Shown here: piece by piece, positions 7,594 to 17,270 of the stretch
How positions within the stretch are numbered: position 1 is the first letter of the stretch
Layout: every line of letters begins with the position of its first letter
Source of the DNA: Armatimonadota bacterium
GTDB taxonomy: Bacteria; Armatimonadota; HRBIN16
Assembly (NCBI GenBank): GCA_963677485.1
Contig: OY781964.1
Span: 544,001-608,000 of the forward strand
DNA: 64,000 nt
Reading direction: 5' to 3'
Notes under the pieces: model-generated
What the model saw: only the letters and a program-made list of their open reading frames with translations
Databases searched by the model: none
Told to the model about the DNA's origin: nothing
Position numbers and translations under genes: made by a program

Positions 7594-10068
7594 TCAACTG
7601 CCAATTGCCAATTGCTGGTATAGATATCGCTGGAATCCAGAAAACACCAGCCCGATTTCGTCTGGTTTGCCCAGATCGGCGATGGCATCTGTGATTGAAT
7701 CATGATATCTCAGCTTGAGCAACGGCCCCAGCTTCTGCATATCAAGCTCATCAACACCTTCGATGACATAGTGCGACAACACAAAGTCGAGGAACGCCTG
7801 CTGCTTGCCGGTGAAGTGCTGCCGGATGGTTGTTCGAGCCGAAGCAGCGCGCTCCGTGCGGCTGACGGTAGGCAGCGCGTATGCCACGTGCGCCAGCACG
7901 TCAAACAGGTCGCTCTGCTCCGCATCGATGATCTTCTGCATCTCGGTGAGTGCCGCTTTGTTGAAGCCCTTTTCCGACAGGCCATCCAGCAGCCTCTTGC
8001 GGGTTTCCGGCGCGCTCCATATCTCCCTCAGCTCCTGCTCGTTCTTGAAAAACTCGGGCAGTTTGCCGTAAAGCATCTCCATGAACTGCTGCGTCGAAAT
8101 CGGGGTACCGTCTGGATGCCAGTAACTGGTGGACATCATATACTGGATGGTGCGCTCCTTACCGTCTGCCAGTTTGACTTTCAGCTTCTTGCTGCATATA
8201 CATGGCTGATGGCCACACTTATCGCAGGGATGTCCGCATTCACAGCACATCTTGCCACACACGGGACACGGCTTCTTGCATTTACATGGATACTGCCCGC
8301 ATTCTGGGCAGAGCGGCTTCTCACACTCGCACGGGTAACAGTCGCACACGGAGCAGTTTTCAGGTCCGATAGGCTCACCATCCCACTCCGGGTCTGAAAA
8401 GTGGTGGTGTGCCTTCACGAAGTCGTAGATGGTGAAGTAATCCTTGCCGTCATACAGACGCGTGCCGCGGCCGATGATCTGCTTGAACTCAATCATCGAA
8501 TTAATGGGCCGCATCAGCACGATATTGCGGATGTTGCGCGCATCCACCCCAGTAGACAGCTTCTGCGATGTGGTCAGGATGGTGGGGATGGTCTTCTCGT
8601 TGTCCTGGAAATCACGCAGATACTGCTCGCCGATCATGCCGTCATTAGCGGTCACCCTCTGACAGTAGTTGGGGTCGGGGCTCCGCTTGATCTGGTTCAC
8701 CAGGTCACGAACAATCAGCGCATGTTCCTGGGTGGCGCAGAACACCAGCGTCTTCTCACTTTGGATGATTTGCGACATGAATATCTCGACCCGCTTCTTT
8801 TCCCTCGCCCTGATTTCAATGATGCGGTTAAAGGCACTTTCGCCATAAAGTGTGCCTGGTTTGGCCTCACCCTCCAGCACATGGTCGTCGGGTGTATAGA
8901 TATACTCGTCCAAAGTGGTCGCGATCTGCTTCACTTTAAACGGCGTCAGGAAGCCATCATTGATGCCCTCTTTCAGCGAATAGATGTAGACGGGGTCGCC
9001 AAAGTAGGCGTAGGTATCCACATTGTCGTCGCGCTTTGGGGTGGCGGTAAGACCGAGCTGCACTGCGGGGTTGAAATAGTCCATAATCGCCCGCCAGTTG
9101 CTTTCATCATTCGCACCACCACGATGGCACTCATCGATGATGATGAAGTCAAAAAAGTCCGGCGGATATCCGTAAAAGTTGGGCTTAGCCGGAACAGTCA
9201 ACGGCTCAGCATCGGTATCGTCCAGTATGGACGGCTCCTGCTCTCCCGGCTGGTCGCACATGAAGGTTTGGAAGATCGTAAAGAAGATGCTGCCATTAGT
9301 AGGCACGCGCTCCTTCAGCCGAATCCCGCCAGGCGATATCCGCACCAGCGCATCCTCAGGAAAAGACGAGAAGGCGGTATACGCCTGATCAGCCAGTATA
9401 TTCCGATCCGCCAAAAACAGTATCCGAGGACGGCGTAATATTTGTCCACTGTCAATTGCCCCAAGGTTCCACCGACTGTGAAACAGCTTCCAGGCGATCT
9501 GGAACGCGATGAAGGTCTTGCCTGTACCGGTTGCCAGCGTGAGCAGTATGCGTTTCTGACCATCGGCCACGGCCGACAACACACGCTCCACAGCGATGTC
9601 CTGGTAATAGCGACCGGTGAAGTAGCCGCCGCGGTCCTCAAAAGGCACCGCGGCGAAGCGGTCGCGCCAGGCGTTCTGCACAGCGAACGTGCGGCTCCAA
9701 AGCTGCTCAGGTGTGGGGAATGATGTGAGCTCCGCTTCTGTGCCGGTCTCCATGTCGATGCCGTAGATACCTTGACCATTGGTGGCGTAGGCGAATCGCA
9801 TTGCCATCTTGCCTGCGTATTGCTTGGCCTGCCCCACCCCCTCGGTCAGCGGTTTATCCCAGGCCTTGGCTTCTACCACCGCCAGTTTGGTGTTGCGGTA
9901 CTCCAGCACATAATCGGCAGTCAAGGCAGTCCCGCGCCTGAGATGTCCCTCTATACGGCCTGGTGCAATGATGTATTCGCGCCGAATACGGCTGCCTTCC
10001 ACCACCCCCCAGCCAGCGGCGGTAAGCGCGGGGTCGATATGTTCAGATCGTGTCTCAGCTTCATTCAT
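7594..10068 (-). CDS. hsdR: Type I restriction endonuclease subunit R (EcoAI/EcoEI-like)
   Basis: ADYVL..VVEAK nuclease motif, ATGTGKT, IIIDECHR, LGLTATP, QIIGRGTR, EcoEI-type C-terminus. Confidence 0.95.
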   Translation of the reverse strand: MNEAETRSEHIDPALTAAGWGVVEGSRIRREYIIAPGRIEGHLRRGTALTADYVLEYRNTKLAVVEAKAWDKPLTEGVGQAKQYAGKMAMRFAYATNGQGIYGIDMETGTEAELTSFPTPEQLWSRTFAVQNAWRDRFAAVPFEDRGGYFTGRYYQDIAVERVLSAVADGQKRILLTLATGTGKTFIAFQIAWKLFHSRWNLGAIDSGQILRRPRILFLADRNILADQAYTAFSSFPEDALVRISPGGIRLKERVPTNGSIFFTIFQTFMCDQPGEQEPSILDDTDAEPLTVPAKPNFYGYPPDFFDFIIIDECHRGGANDESNWRAIMDYFNPAVQLGLTATPKRDDNVDTYAYFGDPVYIYSLKEGINDGFLTPFKVKQIATTLDEYIYTPDDHVLEGEAKPGTLYGESAFNRIIEIRAREKKRVEIFMSQIIQSEKTLVFCATQEHALIVRDLVNQIKRSPDPNYCQRVTANDGMIGEQYLRDFQDNEKTIPTILTTSQKLSTGVDARNIRNIVLMRPINSMIEFKQIIGRGTRLYDGKDYFTIYDFVKAHHHFSDPEWDGEPIGPENCSVCDCYPCECEKPLCPECGQYPCKCKKPCPVCGKMCCECGHPCDKCGHQPCICSKKLKVKLADGKERTIQYMMSTSYWHPDGTPISTQQFMEMLYGKLPEFFKNEQELREIWSAPETRKRLLDGLSEKGFNKAALTEMQKIIDAEQSDLFDVLAHVAYALPTVSRTERAASARTTIRQHFTGKQQAFLDFVLSHYVIEGVDELDMQKLGPLLKLRYHDSITDAIADLGKPDEIGLVFSGFQRYLYQQLAIGS

Positions 10069-10081
10069 CGGATGGGGCCTT

Positions 10082-10177
10082 TCTCGCGCGGAGACGCGGA
10101 GGACACGGAGTGGGAGAGATTATATGTTGAAGTCTGCCTCCAAATCTTCTCGCGCGGAGGCGCGGAGGACGCGGAGA
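10082..10177 (+). repeat. Two copies of the TCTCGCGCGGAGRCGCGGAGGACRCGGAG repeat
   Basis: Seen at ~10082-10110 and ~10149-10177; an inverse copy lies at ~10361-10389. Confidence 0.8.
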
Positions 10178-10252
10178 GGGAGAGGGGAGATGAGGTATGT
10201 GGTGATGAGTTGCTTGTTAACAACGTATGATCTCTTCGTGTAAATACTTGAA

Positions 10253-10828
10253 TTAGCCTTCCCATAAGTTCTCCTCTGTGTTCTCCACATTTTTCTCATC
10301 ATTAAAATGTCCATCCAAGCTACTCTCCGCCTCCCCCTCTGACCTCTCCCTCTCCGTCCCCTCCGTGTCCCCCGCGCCTCCGCGTGAGACGTATTTCTCC
10401 GTCCCCTCGATCGCCCGATTCACACGAAGGTATGGCGATGCTGACGAAGGCAGGCCGTTTACGATACGGCGGAGCCCATCTTTCAATGTGGCCTCGCCGA
10501 AGTTGATCAGCAGCCCTACATGCATGTCCATCAGGCGCAGATACGTCAACAACTGTTTACTGTGAACTGGTGCCAGCATCTCCACAGACTTCAACTCTAC
10601 AACCACGCGCCGATCTACCAGCAGATCAATACGGAACCCTTCCTCGAAGAACATCCCATCATACTCGAAGCTTATGAGGCGTTGACGCTCCACGTCAAAT
10701 CCGCGTCTTTCCAGTTCTCGAGCAAGGATTACCTCGTAAACCGACTCAAGCAGACCCGGCCCAAGCTCTTTGTGTATCTTCACAGAAGCGTCTACCACTG
10801 CACCAGTTATCTCATCTAGCGGCCTCAT
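10253..10828 (-). CDS. GxxExxY protein (PD-(D/E)XK-like)
   Basis: HKELGPGLLESVYE signature, RIDLLV, VELKSV, QLLTYL, GLLINFG; ATG 10828 after a GGAGGG SD. Confidence 0.93.
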   Translation of the reverse strand: MRPLDEITGAVVDASVKIHKELGPGLLESVYEVILARELERRGFDVERQRLISFEYDGMFFEEGFRIDLLVDRRVVVELKSVEMLAPVHSKQLLTYLRLMDMHVGLLINFGEATLKDGLRRIVNGLPSSASPYLRVNRAIEGTEKYVSRGGAGDTEGTERERSEGEAESSLDGHFNDEKNVENTEENLWEG

Positions 10829-10947
10829 GGCATCTCCCTCCATATCACGCAGACTACCTCACGTCGGTAACCCCCACTTTCTTATACACTGAATATAACA
10901 CAAACGTTCATGAAATACATCATAAACGGCGAGGTCGGAGAGATTCG

Positions 10948-11037
10948 TCTCACGCGGAGGCACGGAGGGCGCAGAGAGGGAGGTTTTGGAGGGCTGTCAC
11001 CGGATTTACTCACGCGGAGGCGCGGAGGGCGCAGAGA
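10948..11037 (+). repeat. Two tandem copies of CTCACGCGGAGGCRCGGAGGGCGCAGAG
   Basis: Copies about 60 bp apart between GxxExxY and hsdS. Confidence 0.8.
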
Positions 11038-11066
11038 GGGAGAGGCTTTGGAGGGCTTCTTGCATA

Positions 11067-12260
11067 CTACAGCTCTCCGCTGAAAGCCCGATGTAGTAGT
11101 GCCTGTTTTAGTTCATCCAGTGCGTTAAGCTTATTTCGATAAATGGCGTCAAGATGCTGGGTAGCTATATGGTATGAATCAAGTATTGCCGCCAGCTCTT
11201 TTTGCTTTATGATTGATGGTAGCCATGCCTGAAACTCGAAGAGATGCTCTCGATTGACCTTAGGCATTCCCGCTCGAGCGGAACCAATCACTGCATAATC
11301 TGTAAATGGTTTACTCATCAATAAGTAGTAAAGGAAATCACGTGTTATTTGACTTGTCGAAGGTGCAAGTGGATACATATCAGCACTACACAATCCCGAA
11401 AACTGTGGACGTGCTACTTTCATTAGGTAAGGCCTAATTTTGCTGTATAACACCATTGTATCGTCAAACGGAAACTTCCCCGAAATCAAGCATTCCTCTC
11501 GCGCAGTCTTAAGTTCAATCAATTCGCCTGTTTTAGCAACGATGTTACCGGCTCCGACATGAATCATATCTATGTAGTCGCTAACTCGAGGATCAACTAG
11601 AGCTGAAGTGATGCTACATACATCTCCCAGCCTCTTCTCCACCCAGCCGTCACCTCGCTGGGTGAAGACGGATTGCAGGTGGCTTTCGAACAGCGCACGG
11701 GCGTTCTGGAGGTTCTTCTCGGCGTTAGCCCTGGCGATGGCGATGCCCTCAAACGCCTCATCGAGTATGCGCACAATCCGCTTCTGCTCATCCAGCGGGG
11801 GAAGGGGAATTGGTATTTCTTTTAGCTTCTCCTAGTTTAGAGTCATACCCTTAAGTTTTATATCGTTCATGGCAGCTTTATGCCAGTCGAAAAATTGAAG
11901 GCTGTAATATAGGAAGTCTTTCAACAAGGCTTGTTCCTTATTGATTGTTAATGCGGCTATGGCTTCATTGGTATACAAGTCACACCCTGCGTATGCCAGC
12001 CGACCGAGGGTTAGTTTAAAACTCACTAGAAGTGTTCCTGCACGCACAAGTTTTGAGATGGCAGCACCCGTGTCCGAAATATACTCCTTGCTATCACTAA
12101 CGATATTACCCGTAGTATGTAAAAGGTCAGCAATAGACAGCCATACATATCCTGTCTTTCGTTTATCATCCCAATACGACTTATCGGCACGTGATGGAGT
12201 ACGGCCTAGTTCAATACTGCATACCTCACCCAGCTTCTTTATCTGCCAACCAGCCTTCAA
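11067..12260 (-). pseudogene. hsdS: Type I RM specificity subunit S with in-frame TAG at 11832-11834
   Basis: Two TRDs (GWQIKKLGEVC; GWVEKRLGDVC) and C-terminal LKQALLHRAFSGEL. The two ORFs are in the same frame: MTLN*EKLKEIPIPLPPLDEQKRIVRILDEAF. Confidence 0.9.
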
Positions 12261-12266
12261 AATACC

Positions 12267-12294
12267 CTCCGCGCTCTCCGCGTCTCCGCGTGAG
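12267..12294 (-). repeat. CGCGGAG-family repeat, inverse orientation, upstream of hsdS
   Basis: ctccgcgctctccgcgtctccgcgtgag. Confidence 0.75.
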
Positions 12295-12315
12295 TCATGA
12301 CCCCATCCCCCCGGT

Positions 12316-13770
12316 TCACAGCAGCAACCGGATGTGTGCCAGCACTTCGGCGCTTTCGGCGTCCAGCGCAGCGATCTCGTCCATGATTTGCTGCGGGGTG
12401 CGGTGGATCACTTCCTCACCGCCGTCGGGGTTCTTGGCGGACAGGTCGAAGCTGCTCTGGTCGATCGTCGCGGCATCCACACTCCAGCTTTTGGGTGAAT
12501 CGGCAAAGCTCTTCTGCAGCTCCACGAACTCGGCCAGATCATCATCGTTCAGCGGGTTGGTCTTGCCGAGGTTGCGGCCCGGGTCAAGCTGGTAATACCA
12601 CACCTTGTGCGTGGGTGCGCCCTTCTCAAAGAACAGCACCACCGTCTTTACACCCGCGCCCTGGAAGGTGCCGCTGGGGCAGTCTAGCACCGTATGCAGC
12701 GTGCAGCTCTCCAGAAGCATCTTGCGCAGGCTAACCGAGGCGTTGTCGGTATTGGACAGGAAGGTGTTCTTGATCACCACGCCAGCCCGTCCGCCGGCCC
12801 TGAGCATCTTGATGAAGTGCTGCAGGAACAGGAACGCCGTTTCGCCGGTGCGTATGGGGAAGTTTTGCTGAACCTCTTTGCGCTCCTTGCCTCCGAAGGG
12901 TGGATTCGCCAGGATGATGTCGTAACGGTCTTTCTCTTGAATATCCGCCAGGTTCTCAGCCAGGGTGTTGGTATGCATGATGTTGGGTGCTTCGATGCCA
13001 TGCAGAATCATATTCATGATCGCGATCACATACGCCAGCGACTTCTTTTCCTTGCCGTAGAAGCTGCGCTGCTGCAGTGTCTGCAAGTCGGATGTGCTGA
13101 GGTCTGGCTTCGCCTTGAGGTAGTCAAACGCCTCGCAAAGGAATCCCGCGGAGCCGACCGCACCGTCGTAGATGGTCTGACCGATCTCTGGTTTCACCAC
13201 CTGCACCATCGCACGAATCAGCGGGCGCGGGGTGTAATACTCACCGCCGTTACGCCCAGCGTTGCCCATATTCTTGATCTTCGCTTCGTAGAGGTGGGAG
13301 AGCTCGTGCTTCTCGGTTTGCGATCTGAAGCGCAGTTCGTCAATGAAATCCAGTATCTCACGCAGGTTATACCCGCTCGAGATTTTGTTTTGGATTTCGC
13401 CGAATATCTCGCCGATTTTGTATTCAATGGTATTTGGGCCGGTCGCCCTCTGCTTGAATCCGTTCAGGTAGGGAAACAGCTTGCGGTCCACGAACTCACG
13501 CAGATCATCGCCGGTCATCGCCTTATTGTGGTCGAGTTTCCCGTCCTCGGTTTTGGGTGCCGCCCAGTTATCCCAGCGGTAGGCCTCATCAAGGATGTAG
13601 CTGTAACTGCGACCTTCCAGCTCCGCTTCCATCGCCCTGTCTTGCTCCAGACCGTCCAGATATTTCAAGAACAGCAGCCACGAGGTCTGTTCCGTGTAAT
13701 CCAGCTCACTGGAGCAACCCGCCTCTTTACGAAGGATGTCGTCGATATTCCTGAATGCTTGTTCGAACAA
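12316..13770 (-). CDS. hsdM: Type I RM N6-adenine methyltransferase subunit M
   Basis: GEYYTPR, YDGAVGSAGFL, NPPF catalytic motif. Confidence 0.95.
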   Translation of the reverse strand: MFEQAFRNIDDILRKEAGCSSELDYTEQTSWLLFLKYLDGLEQDRAMEAELEGRSYSYILDEAYRWDNWAAPKTEDGKLDHNKAMTGDDLREFVDRKLFPYLNGFKQRATGPNTIEYKIGEIFGEIQNKISSGYNLREILDFIDELRFRSQTEKHELSHLYEAKIKNMGNAGRNGGEYYTPRPLIRAMVQVVKPEIGQTIYDGAVGSAGFLCEAFDYLKAKPDLSTSDLQTLQQRSFYGKEKKSLAYVIAIMNMILHGIEAPNIMHTNTLAENLADIQEKDRYDIILANPPFGGKERKEVQQNFPIRTGETAFLFLQHFIKMLRAGGRAGVVIKNTFLSNTDNASVSLRKMLLESCTLHTVLDCPSGTFQGAGVKTVVLFFEKGAPTHKVWYYQLDPGRNLGKTNPLNDDDLAEFVELQKSFADSPKSWSVDAATIDQSSFDLSAKNPDGGEEVIHRTPQQIMDEIAALDAESAEVLAHIRLLL

Positions 13771-13874
13771 TAGAACACTCCATTAACACCGCCGATATCA
13801 ACGGCAGGCGATCATTAACATTATAGCGACACGGCAATCCACCCATTGGCGACGGGTATCGTCAACCCGTGGGG

Positions 13875-14030
13875 AGGGCGATTCACGAATCGCCCCTACA
13901 CCAGACCGGCGCGGAAAGAGTCTGCATACCATTCGCAGGCATACCGACAAACCGTGCCTGTCATTATCTCTCCCACTCCGCGCCCTCCGCGTCTCCGCGT
14001 GAGACGAACCTCTCCCCCCTCCGCGTGAGA
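13875..14030. repeat. REP palindrome plus CGCGGAG-family repeats
   Basis: agggcgattcacgaatcgcccctac (13875-13899); ctccgcgccctccgcgtctccgcgtgaga (~13977-14004) and a partial copy ~14020-14030. Confidence 0.75.
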
Positions 14031-14041
14031 CGTCCCTAACC

Positions 14042-14998
14042 CTACTTCACGCCCATATCCGTCAGCAGTTTGGCGACCACGGGGTCGGGCGTGATGCTGG
14101 CATTCACCGGCAGCAGAGCGCCGTGGGTGCTGACCAGCTTCCAGCCCTTGCCATCCTCATTCTTGAACTGCAAGTCCAGCTTGCCCAGAAAGATGCCCAT
14201 CTCCCCTGTCTGCACAATCGGCAGGTCAGGGCGGTTGCCGCGTTTGACCATCAGGGTGGGGTCTATGAAGGTGTGGCTGTCACCGCCCACGATGGCATCA
14301 AGCTCGGGCACCTGTTCCGCCAGCAACTGGTCCATCAAGTCGCCGATGTGGGTCAGCGCTATCAGCACATCGCACTCACGCTTGATCTGAGGTGCCAGCT
14401 TCTTCGCCACGGCGATCGGGTCCGAAATCGTCCAGCCGCGAGTCTGTGGATAATCGGAAGAACGCGGGGCTGTCACCCCCAGGATGCCCACCCGCACGTT
14501 GCCGATCTTCTTCACGATGTACGGCTTCACACCGGGCACCATCACGCCGGTCTTGCCCACCGTCAGGTTGGCCGCCAGCCAGGGAAACTTACAACTGCTC
14601 ATTAGCTGCCGGAACACCACCTGCGAGCGGGTATCCAGCGTGGCTTTGAACTCGTTGTTGCCCACGCACATGGCATCATACTTCATCAGGTTCATCGCGG
14701 CGAACTCCGGCTTGCCCATGGTTAAGGTATGCCATGGTCCACGCGTGAACACATCGCCGGCTTCCAGCAGCAGAACCGGGTTTTTGGCCTCTTTGCGTAG
14801 CTTATCTATCAGCGTGGCGCGCCGGGCCAGGCCTCCCAACTGCTTGCCGTCGTATTTCACCACCCCCTGGTAATCAAACGGCAGCATCATACCATGAGTA
14901 TCATTGGTGTGCAAAATAGTTAAGTTGAAGCTGGTCTGTGCCCATATCTGAGCACTCAGCAGTACGAACACAGCCGCTATGACGATCCGTTTGAACAT
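14042..14998 (-). CDS. Secreted metallophosphoesterase, 5'-nucleotidase/UshA N-terminal-domain type
   Basis: Signal peptide; ILHTNDTHG, GGLARR, AGDVF, GNNEF, ALTHIG, GGDSH; no C-terminal substrate domain. Confidence 0.85.
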   Translation of the reverse strand: MFKRIVIAAVFVLLSAQIWAQTSFNLTILHTNDTHGMMLPFDYQGVVKYDGKQLGGLARRATLIDKLRKEAKNPVLLLEAGDVFTRGPWHTLTMGKPEFAAMNLMKYDAMCVGNNEFKATLDTRSQVVFRQLMSSCKFPWLAANLTVGKTGVMVPGVKPYIVKKIGNVRVGILGVTAPRSSDYPQTRGWTISDPIAVAKKLAPQIKRECDVLIALTHIGDLMDQLLAEQVPELDAIVGGDSHTFIDPTLMVKRGNRPDLPIVQTGEMGIFLGKLDLQFKNEDGKGWKLVSTHGALLPVNASITPDPVVAKLLTDMGVK

Positions 14999-15102
14999 GG
15001 GAGTCTCCTTGTCGTTTATTCTATTACCATTATGCCCCAGAGCGTCATGCTACCGCCTGCATGTGATATATGTAATATGGAAACCGCGAAAACACCTGAG
15101 GG

Positions 15103-15960
15103 ATGAAGATGCAAAAGATACCGTTCGTTATTCTTGCCGCCATGCTCTGCCTGGCCGGTTGCCAACATCAACCTGAAGGCAAAGTCCCATTCCCAAAAAA
15201 ACACACCGATAAGCTGACCAAAGAAAAGTTCTGGCAAGGGGCGATAGAAAACAGCTACCGTTCACCAGAGGAACTCAATGCCCAGCAACTCACCGAACAG
15301 CGGCATGGTTTGAACCTGGCCATTCTGGCCCGCGGTAACCCCAAAGAGATGGCGGTCGCATTGACGTTCGACGATGGGCCTCATCCTGCGGTGACCCCGA
15401 AACTGCTGGCACTGCTAAAGCACTACCACGTAAAGGCCACATTCTTTGTGGTAGGCTTCATGGCGCGAAAGCATCCTGAGTTGATCAAGCAGATGGTGGC
15501 GGAAGGGCACGTGGTCGCCAACCACACATATCACCATGTGAATCTGACGAAGCTTCCTGTGGACTATGTACCCTACGAGTGGTCTATGTGTAACGACGTG
15601 CTGTGGAAAATCACACATCGTCCGGTTAGGTTTTGCCGCCCGCCAGGCGGCGACTACGACCCCGATGTGGTGAAGGCCGCCCACCAGAACGGGCTCACAA
15701 CCGTCTTGTGGACAGATGATCCTGGTGATTATGCCAGTCCTGGCGACTTCACCATACTCCGAAGGACTCTGCACAGCCTGCGTCCGGGAGGCATAATCCT
15801 GCTGCATGACGGTATCCAGCAAACACTCGATGTGCTGCCCACCATCATCGATGCCGCGAAGTCCAGCGGTTTACGGTTCATCACGGTCGAACAGATGGCA
15901 GCTCAGGCCCACCTGAAACCATTCTCAGGCACTCGACCTAAGCCTTCCGCTACACCTTAA
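15103..15960 (+). CDS. Polysaccharide deacetylase (NodB/CE4) lipoprotein
   Basis: LAGC lipobox; ALTFDDGP, ANHTYHH, RPPGG, IILLHD. Confidence 0.92.
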   Translation: MKMQKIPFVILAAMLCLAGCQHQPEGKVPFPKKHTDKLTKEKFWQGAIENSYRSPEELNAQQLTEQRHGLNLAILARGNPKEMAVALTFDDGPHPAVTPKLLALLKHYHVKATFFVVGFMARKHPELIKQMVAEGHVVANHTYHHVNLTKLPVDYVPYEWSMCNDVLWKITHRPVRFCRPPGGDYDPDVVKAAHQNGLTTVLWTDDPGDYASPGDFTILRRTLHSLRPGGIILLHDGIQQTLDVLPTIIDAAKSSGLRFITVEQMAAQAHLKPFSGTRPKPSATP

Positions 15961-17131
15961 GGAATAGGTGCTTTTTATATAGTATTGCCAGAACACCCCA
16001 CCAGATCCCGATGTAGCAGGCGGTGTAAGCCCATCCGCCTGCGATACGGCCAAAGGTGCTGATGCTTTGGTGAAGCAAGTAGCGGTCCATGCTCAGACGA
16101 GATCCGTCCGGCATCTTCATCATCCAATCCTGAAGCACCCAGATTTTCACCAGGATGGGTGCCACATAACCGGCGATGGGGTTGGCTCCAAACACGGCTA
16201 GAGGTACGCCCCATCTTTGGTGTTTACACGTGTCGATGGCCCAGTAGAACACGGCAAGCAGCACCGTTCCTGTGCCTGTAGTCAGCAGCAAGAAGGGCGG
16301 TGTCCACAACGCTTTACTGTAAGGCATATATTGCTTCCAGGTTGTCGCAGCCAGGATGAGTGCGAATCCCGATGCGAAGAGCATCGCTAGTTTCATTTTC
16401 GGCGAATTCGCATCGTTGATGAGAAAATCGCCGATGACACTACCGAGTATGACCGCCGCGGCGGTTGGTATCACCGAGGGCAGACCCCACAACCCCACAC
16501 TTCCGAACAGATTCAGATTTAGGTAATAAGAAAGATTCTGCACTTCACTATGTATGCCTTTGCCCACAGATGGCACCGTGATGAAGCTCATCGCGGCCCA
16601 ATAACCCACCATCATCAGCGACGAAATCAGTAGCCGCCGGCTCAAAGGCAACTCGGACAGGAGCGCACCCAGTAAGTAGGCCAGAGCGATCAACTGCAGC
16701 ACGCCCAGTGAAAACACGGGTTTATGCTGTGCCGCGCTCTCCAGCAGCAGCCCCAGCGCAAACAAGCGCAAAGTGCGGGTGATGATATGAGCGTCGACCC
16801 GCCAACTGCTTAAGCCATGCCGCTTCCAGGAGGCGACGGCGAAGGGTAATGCCACCCCCACGCACAGCAGGAACCATGGAAACACGAAGTCAGCCAATCT
16901 GACCATCTCACCCCATTTGGCATGGGTCAGTTGGACAGGAGCCGCCTCATCCAAAGCCAGGTTGTTGACTAGCAGCATCAGTATCACCGTCAGCCCACGG
17001 AGCACATCAAGGGACATCAACCGCGTGGCCTTTGGCGATGGCGTGGGCAGTGGTGTTTCGGTGCTTGTTGCGGTTTCAGGCACATCGGCGGATTTATGTG
17101 AATGGAGCAGTTTCTGCCAAGTTTTTAGCAT
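15950..17131 (-). CDS. Heparan-alpha-glucosaminide N-acetyltransferase-like membrane protein (NagX/DUF5009)
   Basis: RLMSLDVLRG..MLLVNN, LADFVFPWF, GVLQLIAL, KALWTP, FGANPI. Confidence 0.88.
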   Translation of the reverse strand: MLKTWQKLLHSHKSADVPETATSTETPLPTPSPKATRLMSLDVLRGLTVILMLLVNNLALDEAAPVQLTHAKWGEMVRLADFVFPWFLLCVGVALPFAVASWKRHGLSSWRVDAHIITRTLRLFALGLLLESAAQHKPVFSLGVLQLIALAYLLGALLSELPLSRRLLISSLMMVGYWAAMSFITVPSVGKGIHSEVQNLSYYLNLNLFGSVGLWGLPSVIPTAAAVILGSVIGDFLINDANSPKMKLAMLFASGFALILAATTWKQYMPYSKALWTPPFLLLTTGTGTVLLAVFYWAIDTCKHQRWGVPLAVFGANPIAGYVAPILVKIWVLQDWMMKMPDGSRLSMDRYLLHQSISTFGRIAGGWAYTACYIGIWWGVLAILYKKHLFLKV

Positions 17132-17270
17132 ACAGGCCTCCTAAATCGCGTATCTACATAAAAACATACGGTCGCTTATACACATATTGTGACCATCTCC
17201 GAATAGGCAGTGCAGGTCAACTTATGCGGTTGTGTTGTGCCGTAACCTCGGAAGGTCGCGATGGCTTTTT

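Noticed and set aside
17190-17270. Possible riboswitch between mreD and the acetyltransferase gene
   Set aside because: Some stems can be drawn, but I recognise no conserved aptamer motif.
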